From: Raillietiella orientalis
Lineage: Eukaryota
Direction of reading: 5' to 3'
DNA: 64,000 nt
NCBI GenBank assembly: GCA_036172245.1
Contig: JAYWIR010000032.1
Span: 124,001 to 188,000, forward strand
The translations under genes were made by a program, and so were the position numbers. The notes under the pieces are model-generated. The model did no database searches, was not told where the DNA came from, and saw only the letters and a list, made by a program, of their open reading frames with translations. Below, piece after piece: positions 39,953-52,968 of this stretch (the stretch's first letter is position 1; each line of letters starts with the position of its first letter).

Positions 39953-42877
39953 GTTTCCACCCGGTCACGCCAGGGCGTTTCTTAAAAAAACACTTTACAT
40001 TTGCGGCACTAGGCCCCGCTACGGTTAATATTTCGTGGGACCTGCTGAGAAGCCGGTTCTGAGGCCAGGTTGTCCTTCTCGGCAGCGGAGGGGAAAGAAG
40101 GTAAAACAAAAAGAAAAATAAATGAAATAACAAAAAGAAACTATTTGGGGATCCGGGAAGGGATCACAACCTGCTAGAGGAGAAGACCATTCTTTCCAGG
40201 ATGCCCTCGAGGTCCCTTGTCATAGCTCCCAGATGGGACCAGCCGATCGCGATTCGCAGGTAGCGACCCGCGTGTACGATGCGCTCCCTGTCGCTGCTTT
40301 CTCTGTTGGCTGCGTTCCAGGCGGCCACAATCCCTCGGAGGCAGCAGAGCGCTCCCAGGGTAGAGGCTGGTGGCAGGGCGTTTTGCACGAAGAGGAGTCA
40401 CAAGTTCTCTGGGATTACTGCCGACCGACATAGGGAGGGTCGTAGCATAACGTTCCCACAAGGGCCGGAGGGCAGCGCGATCCACTAACAGATGGGGGAG
40501 GGATTCCTTCTCCCCGCACACTGCACAGTTCTGTCCCACGTTCCACAACGTCAAATGATGGCGGCGCGCGTTGCAGGGAATACCCTAGTGCAACAACAAC
40601 ACCGCCGTTTCCTGCCACTTCAGAAGGAGGGTGGATGCGTCTCTAAGTAACGGAGGCCACTCTAGGTCATCCACCGGGATGCCAAGCAGCTCGCCTTATC
40701 CGTATTTCATGGTGGTGAACGCTTGGGTTTGCGGCGTCTGCTACTTCCCTCATTGTCCACCCGCTTAGATCCTTTTCCTTGCCCGCTATCCGGTAGGAGA
40801 CTTGCCATCTCGACTTTCGGCTGTTTTTAGGCGCCCTTCGTAGGAAGGGCAGCGCCGTGGCCAGTGGGGTCGTCTCCGCCCAAGTGCTTCTGGCGAGACA
40901 CACGATCATATTCTGCAGCGTTCAGCGGGTGTAGATGCCGGTGCGGAGGCGGTTGCAAAATTCTCCACTGATGTGTTTCAATTTGCCCAAGTTCTAACTG
41001 TTTCTTCAAGCCATGAGGTGGATTTCGCGGGGCTTCAGACCATCCACCCGTTGTCCTTCGCCAGGGTGGCCATGCGTCCCAGGAGAAGTCCGCATCTTCT
41101 TATTTTCCGGCCAAGGCACAGAAGAAAGGACGCGAGTCCTTCAATCCTGGACACACGTCTGACGAGAAGGTGGACTGGAACGCACCAAGGGGTGTTCCAC
41201 ATTTTCGCTGCGATGGCTAGAGTGCGCCACCGCACCTGTGTTTCCATTCGCTCCATCGTCAGGACGCTAAGATCTCCGTCCCGACGTGGAGCGCACAAAT
41301 CCTTCAAAGGCACACAAGGGCTCCCGCCGCTTCACAGGGCGATGCGTTGGAGGTCCTTTGTTCTTTTTTTCAGTTAACGGGGTACGAAGCAAACAAAAAG
41401 CAGAGGGCGAAGAAGGGGGGCCGCGAACGCGTTCCACACCGCGGCGCGTTCCGGCGAGGGAAGCTTGCCTTCCAGGAACGGGCCGATCGCTGACTCCACT
41501 TTTTGTAGACGACCTGACCAGGCTTCTGACAGGCTTAAGTCCCCCAACGGAACGCATAGGTACTTCAAGTACCTCTCTGAGGGTATCCCCAAGCGTATCC
41601 AGTCAGGCCGTCCGACCCACGTCGCATCAACCGCTACCACCGATGACTCCGCCTTATCTACACGTAGTCCAGTCCCGGGGCTCACCAGATCGAAGAAATC
41701 CTCGACTGCGGCTGCCAGGCGGACATAGGCAAAAGGAGCAGAAGATCATCGGCGAAAGCCGCTACGGCCGGCGTACCTCTACACGAGCTTGACAGGGCAT
41801 CCAATGTCATTCTGTATGCTCTCAGCACCACTTTTAAATAGGTGCTAAAGAGCAGGGGACTCAGGCTGTCGCCCTACCGGATGCCGCGCCTCACTGGCAC
41901 GCAAAACAAGTGCTGTGCTCTGAAAAACAAGTTAATGATCGCTTTGCGCTAGCAGGCGCGCAGGTAGACCGTTAAGGTGTCCGCGAAGCCCATGCGATTC
42001 AGGAGCTCCAGAAGGAGTTCCTGGTCCACGCCATCGAAAGCTTTGTGCAGATCGACTGCGATCGCTAGAGCCAACTTCTCTTCCCGGTCGTCCCTTACTT
42101 GCTGCGCTGGCGCTCCTACGTCAGGTTTGTTGACGTTACGTTATTTTTCCAAATTTTTCTCGCGTTGCACATGGAACCATGTGCTGGCGAACAACAGGTT
42201 CGCTTCCATGCTTCGCCCGGGAACAGCGTACGTCTGTTCCGGGCTGACGAAGCTGTCAGCTACCTGTCCCAGTCGCGCAGCCCACAGTCCGGCCAGCAGC
42301 TTGGCGTCTGTGTTCACTATCGTGATCGGACCCCAGTTGCTTAATTTCCTGAGGTCTCCTCCCTTAGGGAGGAGCCTCACATTGGCTGACCGAAACGAGG
42401 AAGGAACATCGCCTTCGTCTCGAATCAGCGATGTCAATTTGAGCTCCCAGGGGGTCAGCTCTGCGACGAACCACTGGAAGAATTCTGCCGGCAGGCCGTC
42501 CTCCTTTGGCGCCTTACGCCTTTTGAGCCTTTTAATCAGGGTGATGATTTCCTCAGTCGTAAAAGGCTCGTCGAGGCTTTCTTTCTCCTCCTCATCTATG
42601 GCCGGGGCTCCATCTGGAAGCAGGAGCTGCGGAGCGTTCCACTCCGCAGGTGCCCTTGCGTATAGAGAGAAGTAAAATCCGCGCACGAAGCGACGTATCG
42701 AAGCCGGCTCCGAGTGTTCCTGGTCCAAATCGTCCAGCACGCTGGGCGGTCCGGTTTGCCATGCTTGACGCTCGGCCACGGCTTTGTATTCCGCCAAGCG
42801 ACGAACGTCACGGGTCCTTGCGAAACGACGGGCGTGCAAATACGCCCTTTCGTTGCGGGCTTCTTCTCCAAATCCCC
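39953..42877 (-). mobile_element. LINE 'X' (RT to 3' end); outermost host of the nest, continuing at 58619-58715
   Basis: KAPKEDG, NWGPITIVNTDAK, DLHKAFD and FADD; 3' terminus rc AAGAAACGCCCTGGCGTGACCGGGTGGAAAC; breaks at RGFG. Confidence 0.9.
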
Positions 42878-44179
42878 TCTGTGGAGAGAGGACGTGCTTT
42901 TCCTGCGCTCCGCCTGCGTGGCAAGGCGAGTGATTTTTTCTTGAGTGGTTTGTGCGTGCACATCGTCGGTGTCCGATGGCAGCGTTGCCAGAGGACAGCG
43001 CGATCGATGTAGGCGTGGAAGAGGCTTGTTCGTCCCTAAGCCCACTGGATAAGGGGCATCCGCCCCGGAATCGTCCCCGGCGACACCGAGGTCATGGAGC
43101 GCCATGGTGGCCGCGCTTAGCTTGGAAGCCATGGCCGAGATGGAAGCCTACAACAAAGCGGCGTATAAACCCTCGCTAGTCTACAAGGTAGGCAACCTTT
43201 TCGATGGGCGAACTGCACGCGCCTTTACGAAGGCGCTGCAGAACGCCAATATCTTCGAAAAAGATCTTCACGGCCTCTGCGTCCTCAGCGGCGGGCAGCG
43301 GGTCGAGGTGGTATGCAAAGATATCACCTTGGCCCGACGCCTGATCACCGACCCGCTGATCGTTGATGGTCGGAAGATCTTGCCGGTGACGATGGACCGC
43401 TCGGTGGTGGTCCGTCTCATTGGGATCTCCAGTCGCATGACTAGGTCAGCGGTTCGTGAACAGTTGCAAAAGCACGTAGAAGTGCACGCGTTGTGGCCGA
43501 AGTCCACGATTTGCCAAGGATACAATAGCCTTTTCGGAGGTTAAGCTGCGGTGCAAAAAAGGATGGTGCGCTTCCCCACGAGCTGAAGGTCTATCAAGAA
43601 GCGGTGGACCTCCAGAACGTAGGGAGACCCCAATTTTGTGGCTACTGCAATGCAGTAGAGCATCTACGAAAAAGGTGCCCGAACATTGTGTGCCACCTAT
43701 GCGGGGAAAAGGGTCACATTCGGCGCGTGTGATCCAAGCGCCCCACCCCGGTGCCCCCTGCCGCCAAAAAGGCACAGGGAAAACGTGGAAAGCTGGTAGA
43801 AAGACCAGCTCGCGAAAATGGCCATTCCCAACTGCCAGCCTCCCTTCCTCCCGTACAGACGTCGGAGGAAAGAGCTCCCGTGAACGCGGAAATGGAGGAG
43901 AGTTGGCAGCTGGTTCAGGCCAGGGAAGAAAAAAAAAGAAAGTGATGCCAGAAGAAAAGTCGGAGAAGAAAACTGCCAACAACAAGAAAAAAGCTGCGCC
44001 GCTTTCAAGAAAAAAACAACTCCGCGAATGCTCGGTGGCACTAAAACGCTTAGCCGTTCCTGCCGAGGCCGCCCGCGGAAATGTTCAGCAAACAGCTGAT
44101 ACGGACGCGATGAATACTCGCGTGGACGAGCCCATTCTACGTTTAGAGGGTGAGACGCGAGACTCGCGCGCCGACAGCC

Positions 44180-44295
44180 AGGACGCCGCGCTCGATAAAG
44201 TCGCGGAGGAGCCCGCGGCAACGGTCGCCGCTGGCGAAGACGCGGCCTTCGAGAAAGCGGCGGAGGAGCTCGCAGCAACGCTCGCCGAGCGCGAA
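44180..44295 (+). repeat. In-frame 57-bp tandem duplication in the ORF1 tail
   Basis: DAALDKVAEEPAATVAAGE-DAAFEKAAEELAATLAERE; single-copy in the related ORF1 at ~22140-22200. Confidence 0.7.
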
Positions 44296-47248
44296 ACCCC
44301 GTCGCGCAAGGGCGTACGCAGGTCGGCTCCGAAGAAGGCCCCCGCAGGTGAGTGCGACCAGGGGGCCGGAAGCGGATCCTCATCCTCGGAAGCACCCCCA
44401 GGAAGTCGGGACGCAAGTCCCAGAAACCCAGAAGGCGCCTCCCCTCCACCAGCGAGGAGGAGAAGGCGGAAGGAAGCGGCAGCGTGGGAATCCCGGAGGG
44501 GGAACACCCACGTTCGCAAGTTGTCGAGTCGGCCACCCCCATGGAGGAGGGTGAGCAGGGGGCTGAAGTCCTCCGTGCAGTCGCGGAATTAGAGCAGCCG
44601 GAACCCATGGAGGAGGGCGAACAGGTAGGCGCGACTCCACCTGCGGGTGATCCGGCCGACGCGCCGGCAATGATGGAGGAGGAGGAACAGGTGCCTTCAG
44701 AACCTGTCCCTCCTCCCCCGCCACCTAGCTTCCCGCCCCAGCAGGTGGCGGACGCCGCATCGCCGTTTTCCCAGGACTAACACCTGGGCTCGCCAGTCGC
44801 CTTCGGATTCGCGCGGCCTGTTGGAACGTCAACGGGCTGCGCGACGACGGCAACAGGCGAGATACGGCCGACACCCTGCGTGAGCTCGACCTGGCACTGC
44901 TGCAGGAGATCCACGTGATCACCGCGGCAGACGCCCAGGAGATCGAGACGATCGCGGGGGGTCGGTTGTATTGGCAATGCGGCCTTCGAAACACCTGCGG
45001 GGTCGCTTTCTTCGTGAAGCCGGCAATCGACGCTGCCGTAAAGGGCGTGCGGTTTGATGACGACGGTCGGATCGGTCAGCTGATTCTTAGCTGGTCCGAG
45101 TCGATTGACCTAATCGTCACAAACGTGTATGGCCCCAGCAGCAAACAGTGGTACCGCGACCGCACCAGGCTGTTGGAAACCCTGATGCGCGACTGGCTGG
45201 CGGATACCAATGTGCGAAAGGCTCACCTGATAGCAAAAGATTCCAATCGAGTGCGGACGTGTTCTTCTTCGCTCTCGTCTCCGTGCTTTCATCCGCTTCA
45301 TCTTGTCGTCGTACATTTTGACGACGATGTCGACCCAACCCGAAGCTACTGAAGTTGGAGGAACAGCATCCGGATCTGCAATCGCGGAACCGACGGCCGC
45401 CTCCACTTCGTCTTTCTCGCCAATAGAGAGGAGGTTTGCTGACGTTGCTGCCACAGAAGTCGTCAAAGGGAAACCACTCGACGAGTCGGAGTTGCGGACA
45501 TACGTAGCCCAAGGGTATGAACCTGCTCTCTGATATAAGGTGAGTGGTTTTCTTTCTGCGCGCGACGGGAATCAGTTCAACGATGAACTGACCCGTGTTG
45601 GCGTGCGGGAGGAAAACCTCCTCGCCATTATGCCCGTAAAGGATATGGGCTATTCCAAGGTGCGTTGCAAAGACGCTGCACTTGTGCAACGCTTGCTGCG
45701 CACCCCGTTGTCGATCCGTGGCCAGAAGGTCTTCCCGGCCGCCATGGACGACTCATTTGAGGCGGAGATTTTCGACATCGAGTCGGAAATCTCGGATATT
45801 GATATTCGGAACGCGTTGGCGAAATTCGCCACGGTTTATGCGCAGTGGAGGGTGCGTAGCAACCTCAAGGACTTCCCGTCCATACACAGCGGAGTCGCTG
45901 GAGTCCGGCTTACAATGCCGGACCGCCGTCTGCTGTGAACCAAACATTACGTGAAAGACACGGTCGTTCACCTGTGGTTCGTGGGCAAAGTAAGAACGTG
46001 CGAGTAATGCGGGAAGGAGGGCCATTGTTTGGATAAATGCCCCTCTGTAAAATGCCGTTATTGCAAACTATCCGGGCACCAATTGAAAAATTGCCCGGAT
46101 CTTTTGCGAAAAAAGGCAGCCGCGGAGCTCCATCTTAAAAAACAAAGCGCGGATCAAAAGAAAAAATCTTCGAAAAACCTGGAGACCCCACGGCAGAAAT
46201 TCCGAAAAAACGCGAGGCGCAATGTCGCCCCAAAGCAGCAGGAAACCTCGCACGCGAAGCCCTGCGCGCCCCCTCTCGCGGCAGTGGAGCCGCAAAAGAA
46301 AGGGTGCGGGGAATCCGGGACAATGGTATGTCCCCCTGGGCGCAATAGCTGTCCTTCCCAAGCACTCCCAACTCTTTCGGAGTTCGAGCAACCGGCGGAG
46401 ACGTCAATGGACAACGGCGGTAAGGACACTTGCAGTACCGTCAGATCCATTCCTTCACCTCCTGCAGTGGCTGAGAAGCCCAAATCAGGTAAGAAGGGTT
46501 GTGCCGTGTCGACCTCGAAAGTCGGCAAAACAAATTCCGCGTCGCGATCCAAGACCGCGAAAGCGGAGAAAAATCTCACGCCGTCGCAGTCGAAGAGCAA
46601 GCTCTCGACTGGCGCGGATGCCATGCCAACGAAGGGATTAAAAGCCCTCCCGAAGGCAGCGTCCATGACGAGCGTGTCGGAGCCATCGAAACTGCTCCCG
46701 TTTAAAGACGCGGAGGGCTTCAAAGATGGCAATGGAACACAATCTCCATTTACGGCGCCACGCGAAGTGAGGAACCGTAATGAAGTAAAGAAGACTTCCG
46801 CAAAGGTCCCTCGTGCAACTGCGCGTGAGCACGCTGAAAACGTGCGCGCCGGGAAAGCAGCCGTCACCAAAAGCGATGCTCTGGAGACGGAAAAAGACAA
46901 CAGGACAGCTGTCAATCCAGCAGAACCTGTCACTACTTCGCGGAAGGCCGAAACTCGATCCACCATGCGCCGGTCGGACACCGAAATGGATGCCGTTCCG
47001 ATCACCGAGACGAGGACAACTCGATCGAAAGCGTGTGCGCGCCGATTGAAAGTAGGCAGCCAGGCAACGCTCGCCGCGAAGCCACGCGAAGTCTCCACGA
47101 ATCCCGACGGGGTTAAGCCTGGCGTGGAGGCATTACATGCATGCAGCACGACGGAGGACGGTGGCGACCGTCCCCTCCAGCCAGTCGTGCTGCTCGCCGT
47201 CTGCTCGCCGGATAAAGCGAGCAAAAAGCCGCCACCTTCCCAGCAGTA

Positions 47249-48719
47249 ATGCATGGAATCGCGCCTTCTCGTAGTCTGTCCGTAACGTGTTGGAACGCGA
47301 GCGGACTACAGAACGACGAGAAGAGGCGATTAGTAGCCAACGCCCTGCGCCCCTTTGACCTGGCGCTCCTGCAGGAGATTCACGTAATCTCCGACGAGCA
47401 GGCAGCCGAAATCGAGGAGCGGGCAGGCGGAACGCTACATTGGCGGTGCGACGGCGCACATACGTGCGGCGTAGCGTTCCTCGTAAGAGAAAAAATGGCG
47501 GAAGCGGTGCGTAGTGTTCGTTTCGATGACGACGGACGGATAGGCCAGCTTGTCATCAAGAGGTCCGAGCCCATCGATCTCGTCGTTACGAACGTCAACG
47601 TGCCGAGTGGCTCTTGCTACCTCGAAGGAAGGTTAGCTTTCTTTGGTGAGGTGCAAAGCCACTGGCGAAACTACTTTGGCTTCCAAGTGGCGCACCTCGT
47701 CGCTGGGGACTTCAACGTCCGCCTGCTCTACGACGATTTGAGCCGCCCGAGGGAGCGCGCGCTGCCCATCGAGATGTGCGCGTCCGTGCACGCCGCCAAC
47801 TTGATGGTCAGCGAACGTGAAATGGAAAGATCGCTCGATCACGTTTTCCTCCATGAAAATGCATTCGCGTGTGGGTAGGAGAGGAAGATTGTTGACTAGG
47901 CTTTCTGACCACCACAGGTTGGAGTTTGAGATCCTTCCGCCAGGCAGGGGGCCTCCGTTGCAAAACTGGAGGATGCAGGCGGATTGGCTCAGCCAACCGG
48001 AGGCTGCGGAGCATCTACGTGGATACCTCCGAGGCTTTGCCATTCAAGAACTTGCGGACTGGGACGATCTCAAAAGATCTGTCCGCGAGTTCTGTTGCCA
48101 ATTCCCCTTGCACCGGCTTCCACGCGGTTTCGGAGAGGGCGTGGCCAACAGTAGAGACTTTCTGCAGGCCCGCACGTTTTCTAGACGCGCGGATTTCGAA
48201 CGTCCCGCGGAGTACAAGGCGAGGGCGGAGCGCCATCTCTGGCAGTCCGGAGCAGCATGCTTGTTGGACGACAAGGGCCAGGAAAGTTCGGCCCCAGCCG
48301 AAGTACGTCGCATTGTGAGACGCTACTTCTCCTCGCTGTACGCGGAATCCCCGACGGAGGATATTCTTTCTGAGATACTCCTGTCTCAGTATGCTCGTGT
48401 TGTCGGCGAGGAGAAACGCGAACGTCTTAACGAGCCCTTCACGGCGGATGAACTTTCGTCCGTTATCGCTGTGCTGAAGAGACGAAAGGCGCCAGACGAG
48501 GATGGGCTCCCTGCAGAGTTTTATCAGTGCTTTCAAGTGGAGCTCATTCCCTTGATGATGAGACTCGCGACGCTGATGAATGAATCCGGGAATTTCCCGG
48601 ATTCCTTCCGCTCAGCGAAGGTGCGTCTCCTGCCGAAAGCCGGAGACTTGCGTCAACTTAACAACTGGCGTCCGATCACCTTAGTGAACTCGAACGTCAA
48701 GTTGTTTTCCAAGCTGTAA
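47249..48719 (+). pseudogene. ORF2 of Z: endonuclease and start of RT (frameshift at ~47860)
   Basis: CWNASG, LLQEIH, AGDFN, LDHVF, SDH, KAPDEDG and NWRPITLVNS. Confidence 0.9.
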
Positions 48720-50337
48720 GTCGCGCGGTTAGGAAGTATCGCGGAATCTGTGGTGAGCCCGGAACAAACCTACGCGGTTCCGGGACGATCCATGGAGGCG
48801 AACATCCTTTTCGCGCGTACATGGATGCAGCTGCAGGAAGTTGTGGCGCAGCAAAGCCAGACTGCTGCGAAAGTCACTGCCGCAGGCAAAAAGAACAGGA
48901 GCCGACGGCAGGAGGGAGCGCCAGGTGCCTTGGCGGTCGCGGTCGATCTCCACAAGGCGTTCGATTTTCACCCGGATTTCTCCGAGTCGTTTATTAAAAA
49001 AATAAACTTTGTAAGCAAATTATTAATGGCTGTGGCGATGCTCCAGCCAGAAGCTGGGAACCACGGCGCCTGCCAATTTACCGGTTTCTAGACCGGTACG
49101 GTCCACCAAGGAAGAAGGGGAAAGCGGAAAAACAAAAAAAACTAAACAAAACAAAAAAAAAAAAAACAAAGGATGGGAGGGCACGGGAAGGGATCACTGT
49201 TGCTGCTGGAGCCGCATCATCCCTCTCAGGATGATGGCAAGCTCTTGTTTGTTCTGAACATCCAGGTGGGGCCATCGCGACACCCTCCTCAGGAATTCGG
49301 AGGCGCACTGGATGGCTTTCTGATCGCTAGGTCCTCCCGTCGCCGTGCTCCAGGCGGCGACGATCCCACGAAGGCAGCACAAGGCTGCTATCGAGGACGC
49401 TGGCCGCAGGGCGTCGGCAACGAAGAAGGCTTTTAGTGCGTCCCTGGGGTTGCTGCAAGGGATACCGATTGCCGCGGCAAAGCGGAACCAAAGGGGCCGA
49501 AGGGCAACACAATCCACTAGGAGGTGGGGGAGGGACTCCCGTTCCCCGCACCTTACACAATTGGGATCCACCGCTCCCCAGGTCCAGTGGTGTCGACGGG
49601 CGTTGCAGGGGAGTACCCAGTGCTGCAACAGGAATGCCGACTCTTGCCATTTTAGGGGAGGATGGAAGTGTTCATAAGAATCGGGGGCCACTTCAGATGT
49701 TCAATCGCAACATCCAGCAGCGCTCCCCAGCGCAGAAGTCCATTAGGAGGCGTACTCGGGGTCGCAGCATCAGTTAGCTGGCCCGTCTTCCACTCTCTCT
49801 GCTTCTTCTCCTTCCCGGAGATTTTTATTGTAACCTCCCACTTCGCCGCAGCATCGCTGTCCTGATGTTCCACTAGGGAGTCCAGCGCAGCAGCGAGGGG
49901 GGTTCTTCCTGACCACGCTCTCTTCTTGGGATCCTCCAGGATCTCACGGAGCGTGCCACTTCTGTAACACCCAAACAGGAACCTTCGTTCCTGATGGGAG
50001 GGTTGCATGCCGAACTGTCCCCACGTACGAACGGTTTCCTGAAACCAGGGACTACCGTTCGCGGGAAGACAGGTGATCCATCCTTGATTTTTCCTTGCCA
50101 GCGCAGCCACCCTCCGTAGCTGCAGTCCCCATCGGTTGACGCGGCGAAGAAGTGCAAGAAAACAAGTCAGTCCCGTCTTGCCAATGTCTTGCTGAAGTAG
50201 GAGACGTGCAGGGACGCACCAACAGGTGCACCACAACTCCGGCACAAGTGCCAAAATCCGGAACTGGAGATGCAGCTCCAGCCGCTGCAATGTCAGGAGG
50301 CCGAGACCACCGTCCCGACGCGGAGCGCTCAAGTCCT

Positions 50338-51228
50338 TCAAGCGGAGTCGGGCCCTCCCGCTGCCCCAAAGGGCGATACGGAGGAGTTCCTTCGTCCGCT
50401 TTTTGATCCTCTCTGTGGGGGGCAAACAAAAAGCAGGGAACGGAGGAGAGGAGCCGCGAACATGTTCCAAACCGCGGCCCGTTCAGGCAGAAAAAACCTG
50501 CCGCCTCGGAACGGGCCGATAGCCGTCTCTACTTTTTGAAGGCAGCCGGACCACGCTTCCGCAGAGCAGTAGTCCCCTAACGGCACATCAAGGTACTTGA
50601 AGTACCTCACCGTGGGGATCCCCAAACGGACCCAGTCCTGCTGCCCTGGCCACGACGCACCAACTGGCATCACGGACAACTTCGCCCTGTTCACCGTAAG
50701 CCCGGTTCCTCGATTCAGCAGGTCGAAGAACTTCTCGACCGCCGAAGCCGGGGTGGACATAGGGAGCAGTAGCAGGAGGTCGTCCGCATATGCTGAAACC
50801 GCAGGCGTTCCGGCGCATTCATGTGGCAGTTGCGGCAGAGTTTCCCTGTACGCTTTCAGTACCAACTCAAAGTTGATACTGAAAAGCAAGGGGCTCAGGC
50901 TGTCTCCTTGCCGGATCCCACGTCGCACCAACACGCCGTGAACAGTATGCCCGCTGAAAGTAACATTGATTAGCGCATCGCGCCAGCTAGAGCGCAGATA
51001 GGCCAATAATGAGGCCGGGAAGCCCAAGCGTTCCAAAAGCTCCAGCAGGAGATTCTCGTCGACGCTGTCGAATGGTTTACGCAAGTCGACAGCGACCGCA
51101 GGTGCTCCCTCCCCCATCCGACCATCCGTCGCATGACTGACGGACTCACCGGAATTCTCGGTGCGCATCAAGCCCCTTGCGTGTTGGAGCTCTAGCCAGG
51201 TGGAAGCGTGCAACAGGTTCGCCTCCAT
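50338..51228 (-). pseudogene. ORF2 RT fragment with an intact YADD
   Basis: DLRKPFDSV, GIRQGDSLSPLLF, SAYADDLL and FKYLDVPLG. Confidence 0.92.
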
Positions 51229-51250
51229 GCTTCGCCCAGGATTCCCGGCA

Positions 51251-52968
51251 TTACTGCAGGAAAGATGACGGTGTGGGGGAACCGGCCTCTTCCGAGGCGG
51301 GTGAGATGACCATTAGGGTTTCAGCCTCCTCAGGCACCTTGGGTACTTTTCCGGCTTCAACCCCCTCCATCTCCTCCGTGTCTGTGCGTGCTGGTCTCTC
51401 GGGTGACGATTCCCGGGATTCTCCCACGCTCATGGCACCCTCGCAGTCGGAAGTGATCTCCACGCCTTCGACCTGGAGAGGGGCTTTCCGGGATTTTCTG
51501 GAATTCCTTCCAGCCTTCCGGCGGGGTGCCGCGGAGTTGGAAACTTGGTTTCCGGACTGCGCTTCGGGGTCGGAAGTTTCCGACTCCACGGTGGAGGCCG
51601 TACGGCTAACTGCCTTTTCGCCAGCCTTGGAGGGGTCTGGCTGCAACGATGCAGCCAGCTCCTCCGCCGCACGCTCGAAGGCGGAGTCATCGATCACGGT
51701 CTCGATGACGGACGCTTCCGCCGGTTCGCTCCCCACGCTGTTGACATTTTCAACAGTGGGTTGCTCGTCGGTAGCAGCGATTTCTACCTTGCGGCGTTCG
51801 ACGGGGACGCGTTCCACGACGACGCTGCATTTTTTAAATTCTCGCTAACCTGCTGTTTTTTATTTTGGTAGGCGAGCTTTTTTTCGATTCGTCGTTCTTT
51901 CTTCAGCTTTTTTTTCTTTTTCGCTGTGACTTCTTGCCATTCCAACACCTGACCGCTTTTGTCAATCTTTTCGGCATTTGTTGCCGGGATGTCGGCTGAG
52001 GCCTGGACCACGGGAGTGGGTGGCACAGCTTGAGCGGCAGCCTTCGCCGCCAGTTTTTTCTGAAGCAGATGCGCGCGTTTTTTTAGGTTTCTTGCGGAAA
52101 CCACGCGCACAGCGGATTGTGGACACACTTCCTTCGTGTGGCCCATTGTCCCGCCTACCAGGCACTGTACGTTGGGGCACCTCCTTTTGAGGAGTCCCGA
52201 CGTGTTGCAGAAGCCACAGTATTTGGGCTTCCCCACGTACCAGAGGTCGACGCTTTCTCCGCCGACCACCAGTTTGTCGGGAAGGGTAAAGCCCTCCCGA
52301 ACGGTTACACGGGCAGCCGTGAGGCCGCACTGAACAGTGGTATAGTCCTCGAAAGGACTAGGCTTGTTCCATACTGCATGGACCGTGCCTTCTTTTCCCA
52401 ACGCGGCGCGTAACTGTTCTTTCCGCATACGCACGGTAACTCCTAAAAGGTTGACCACCATACTATGGTCCGCCGTAACGGGAAGGAGCCTGCGTGTCCC
52501 CATTACCACGGGGGTTTTAAGGAGACGTTGGGCCAGATCTGCATGTTTGCAGATCACCTCTACGTACTGCCCCCCGCTACGAATGGTCATAGCGCGGAGC
52601 TCCTCTTCTTTAACATCGAGAGCGCGCATCCCCTTCGAAAAGGCGCGCGCACTGTCAGCAGAATACAAATTTCCTACCTTGTAGAATAGTGATGGGTTAT
52701 ACCCCTCTTCCACATAGGCAGATAATTCCGCCGCGGCTGCAGGCGATGACGCCGACACGACGGCGCTCCACGCCCGCGCTGCAGCGGGGACCGGTTTTGT
52801 GGGGGCGGACGCCCCCACCTCCTTCGCCACTGAAGGCGACGTTACCGCTGCCCCCTGGCACTCCACCTTCTCTAGAGGCGACGTTGCCGCCGCCACCTGG
52901 CACTCCATTTCTTCAGGAGGCGACGGTGCCACCGCCCCCTGACACGTACTGGTGGTCGCGTCAGGCAT
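51251..52968 (-). pseudogene. ORF1 (gag-like nucleic-acid-binding protein) with one frameshift at ~51830
   Basis: Low-complexity N-terminus, AYVEEGYNPSLFYKVG domain, CGFCNTSGLLKRRC / CLVGGTMGHTKEVC degenerate knuckles, Lys-rich then acidic tail ending in TAATG. Confidence 0.88.
52810..52915 (-). repeat. In-frame ~36-bp tandem repeat in the ORF1 N-terminus
   Basis: EEMECQVAAATSP-LEKVECQGAAVTSP-SVAKEV. Confidence 0.65.

Noticed and set aside
46154..47254. Long ORFs antisense to LINE ORF1/ORF2 (for example 46154-47254, 59645-60709, 61973-63193, 43697-44608, 17921-18748)
   Set aside because: Shadow frames of GC-rich retrotransposon coding sequence, with no independent motifs.
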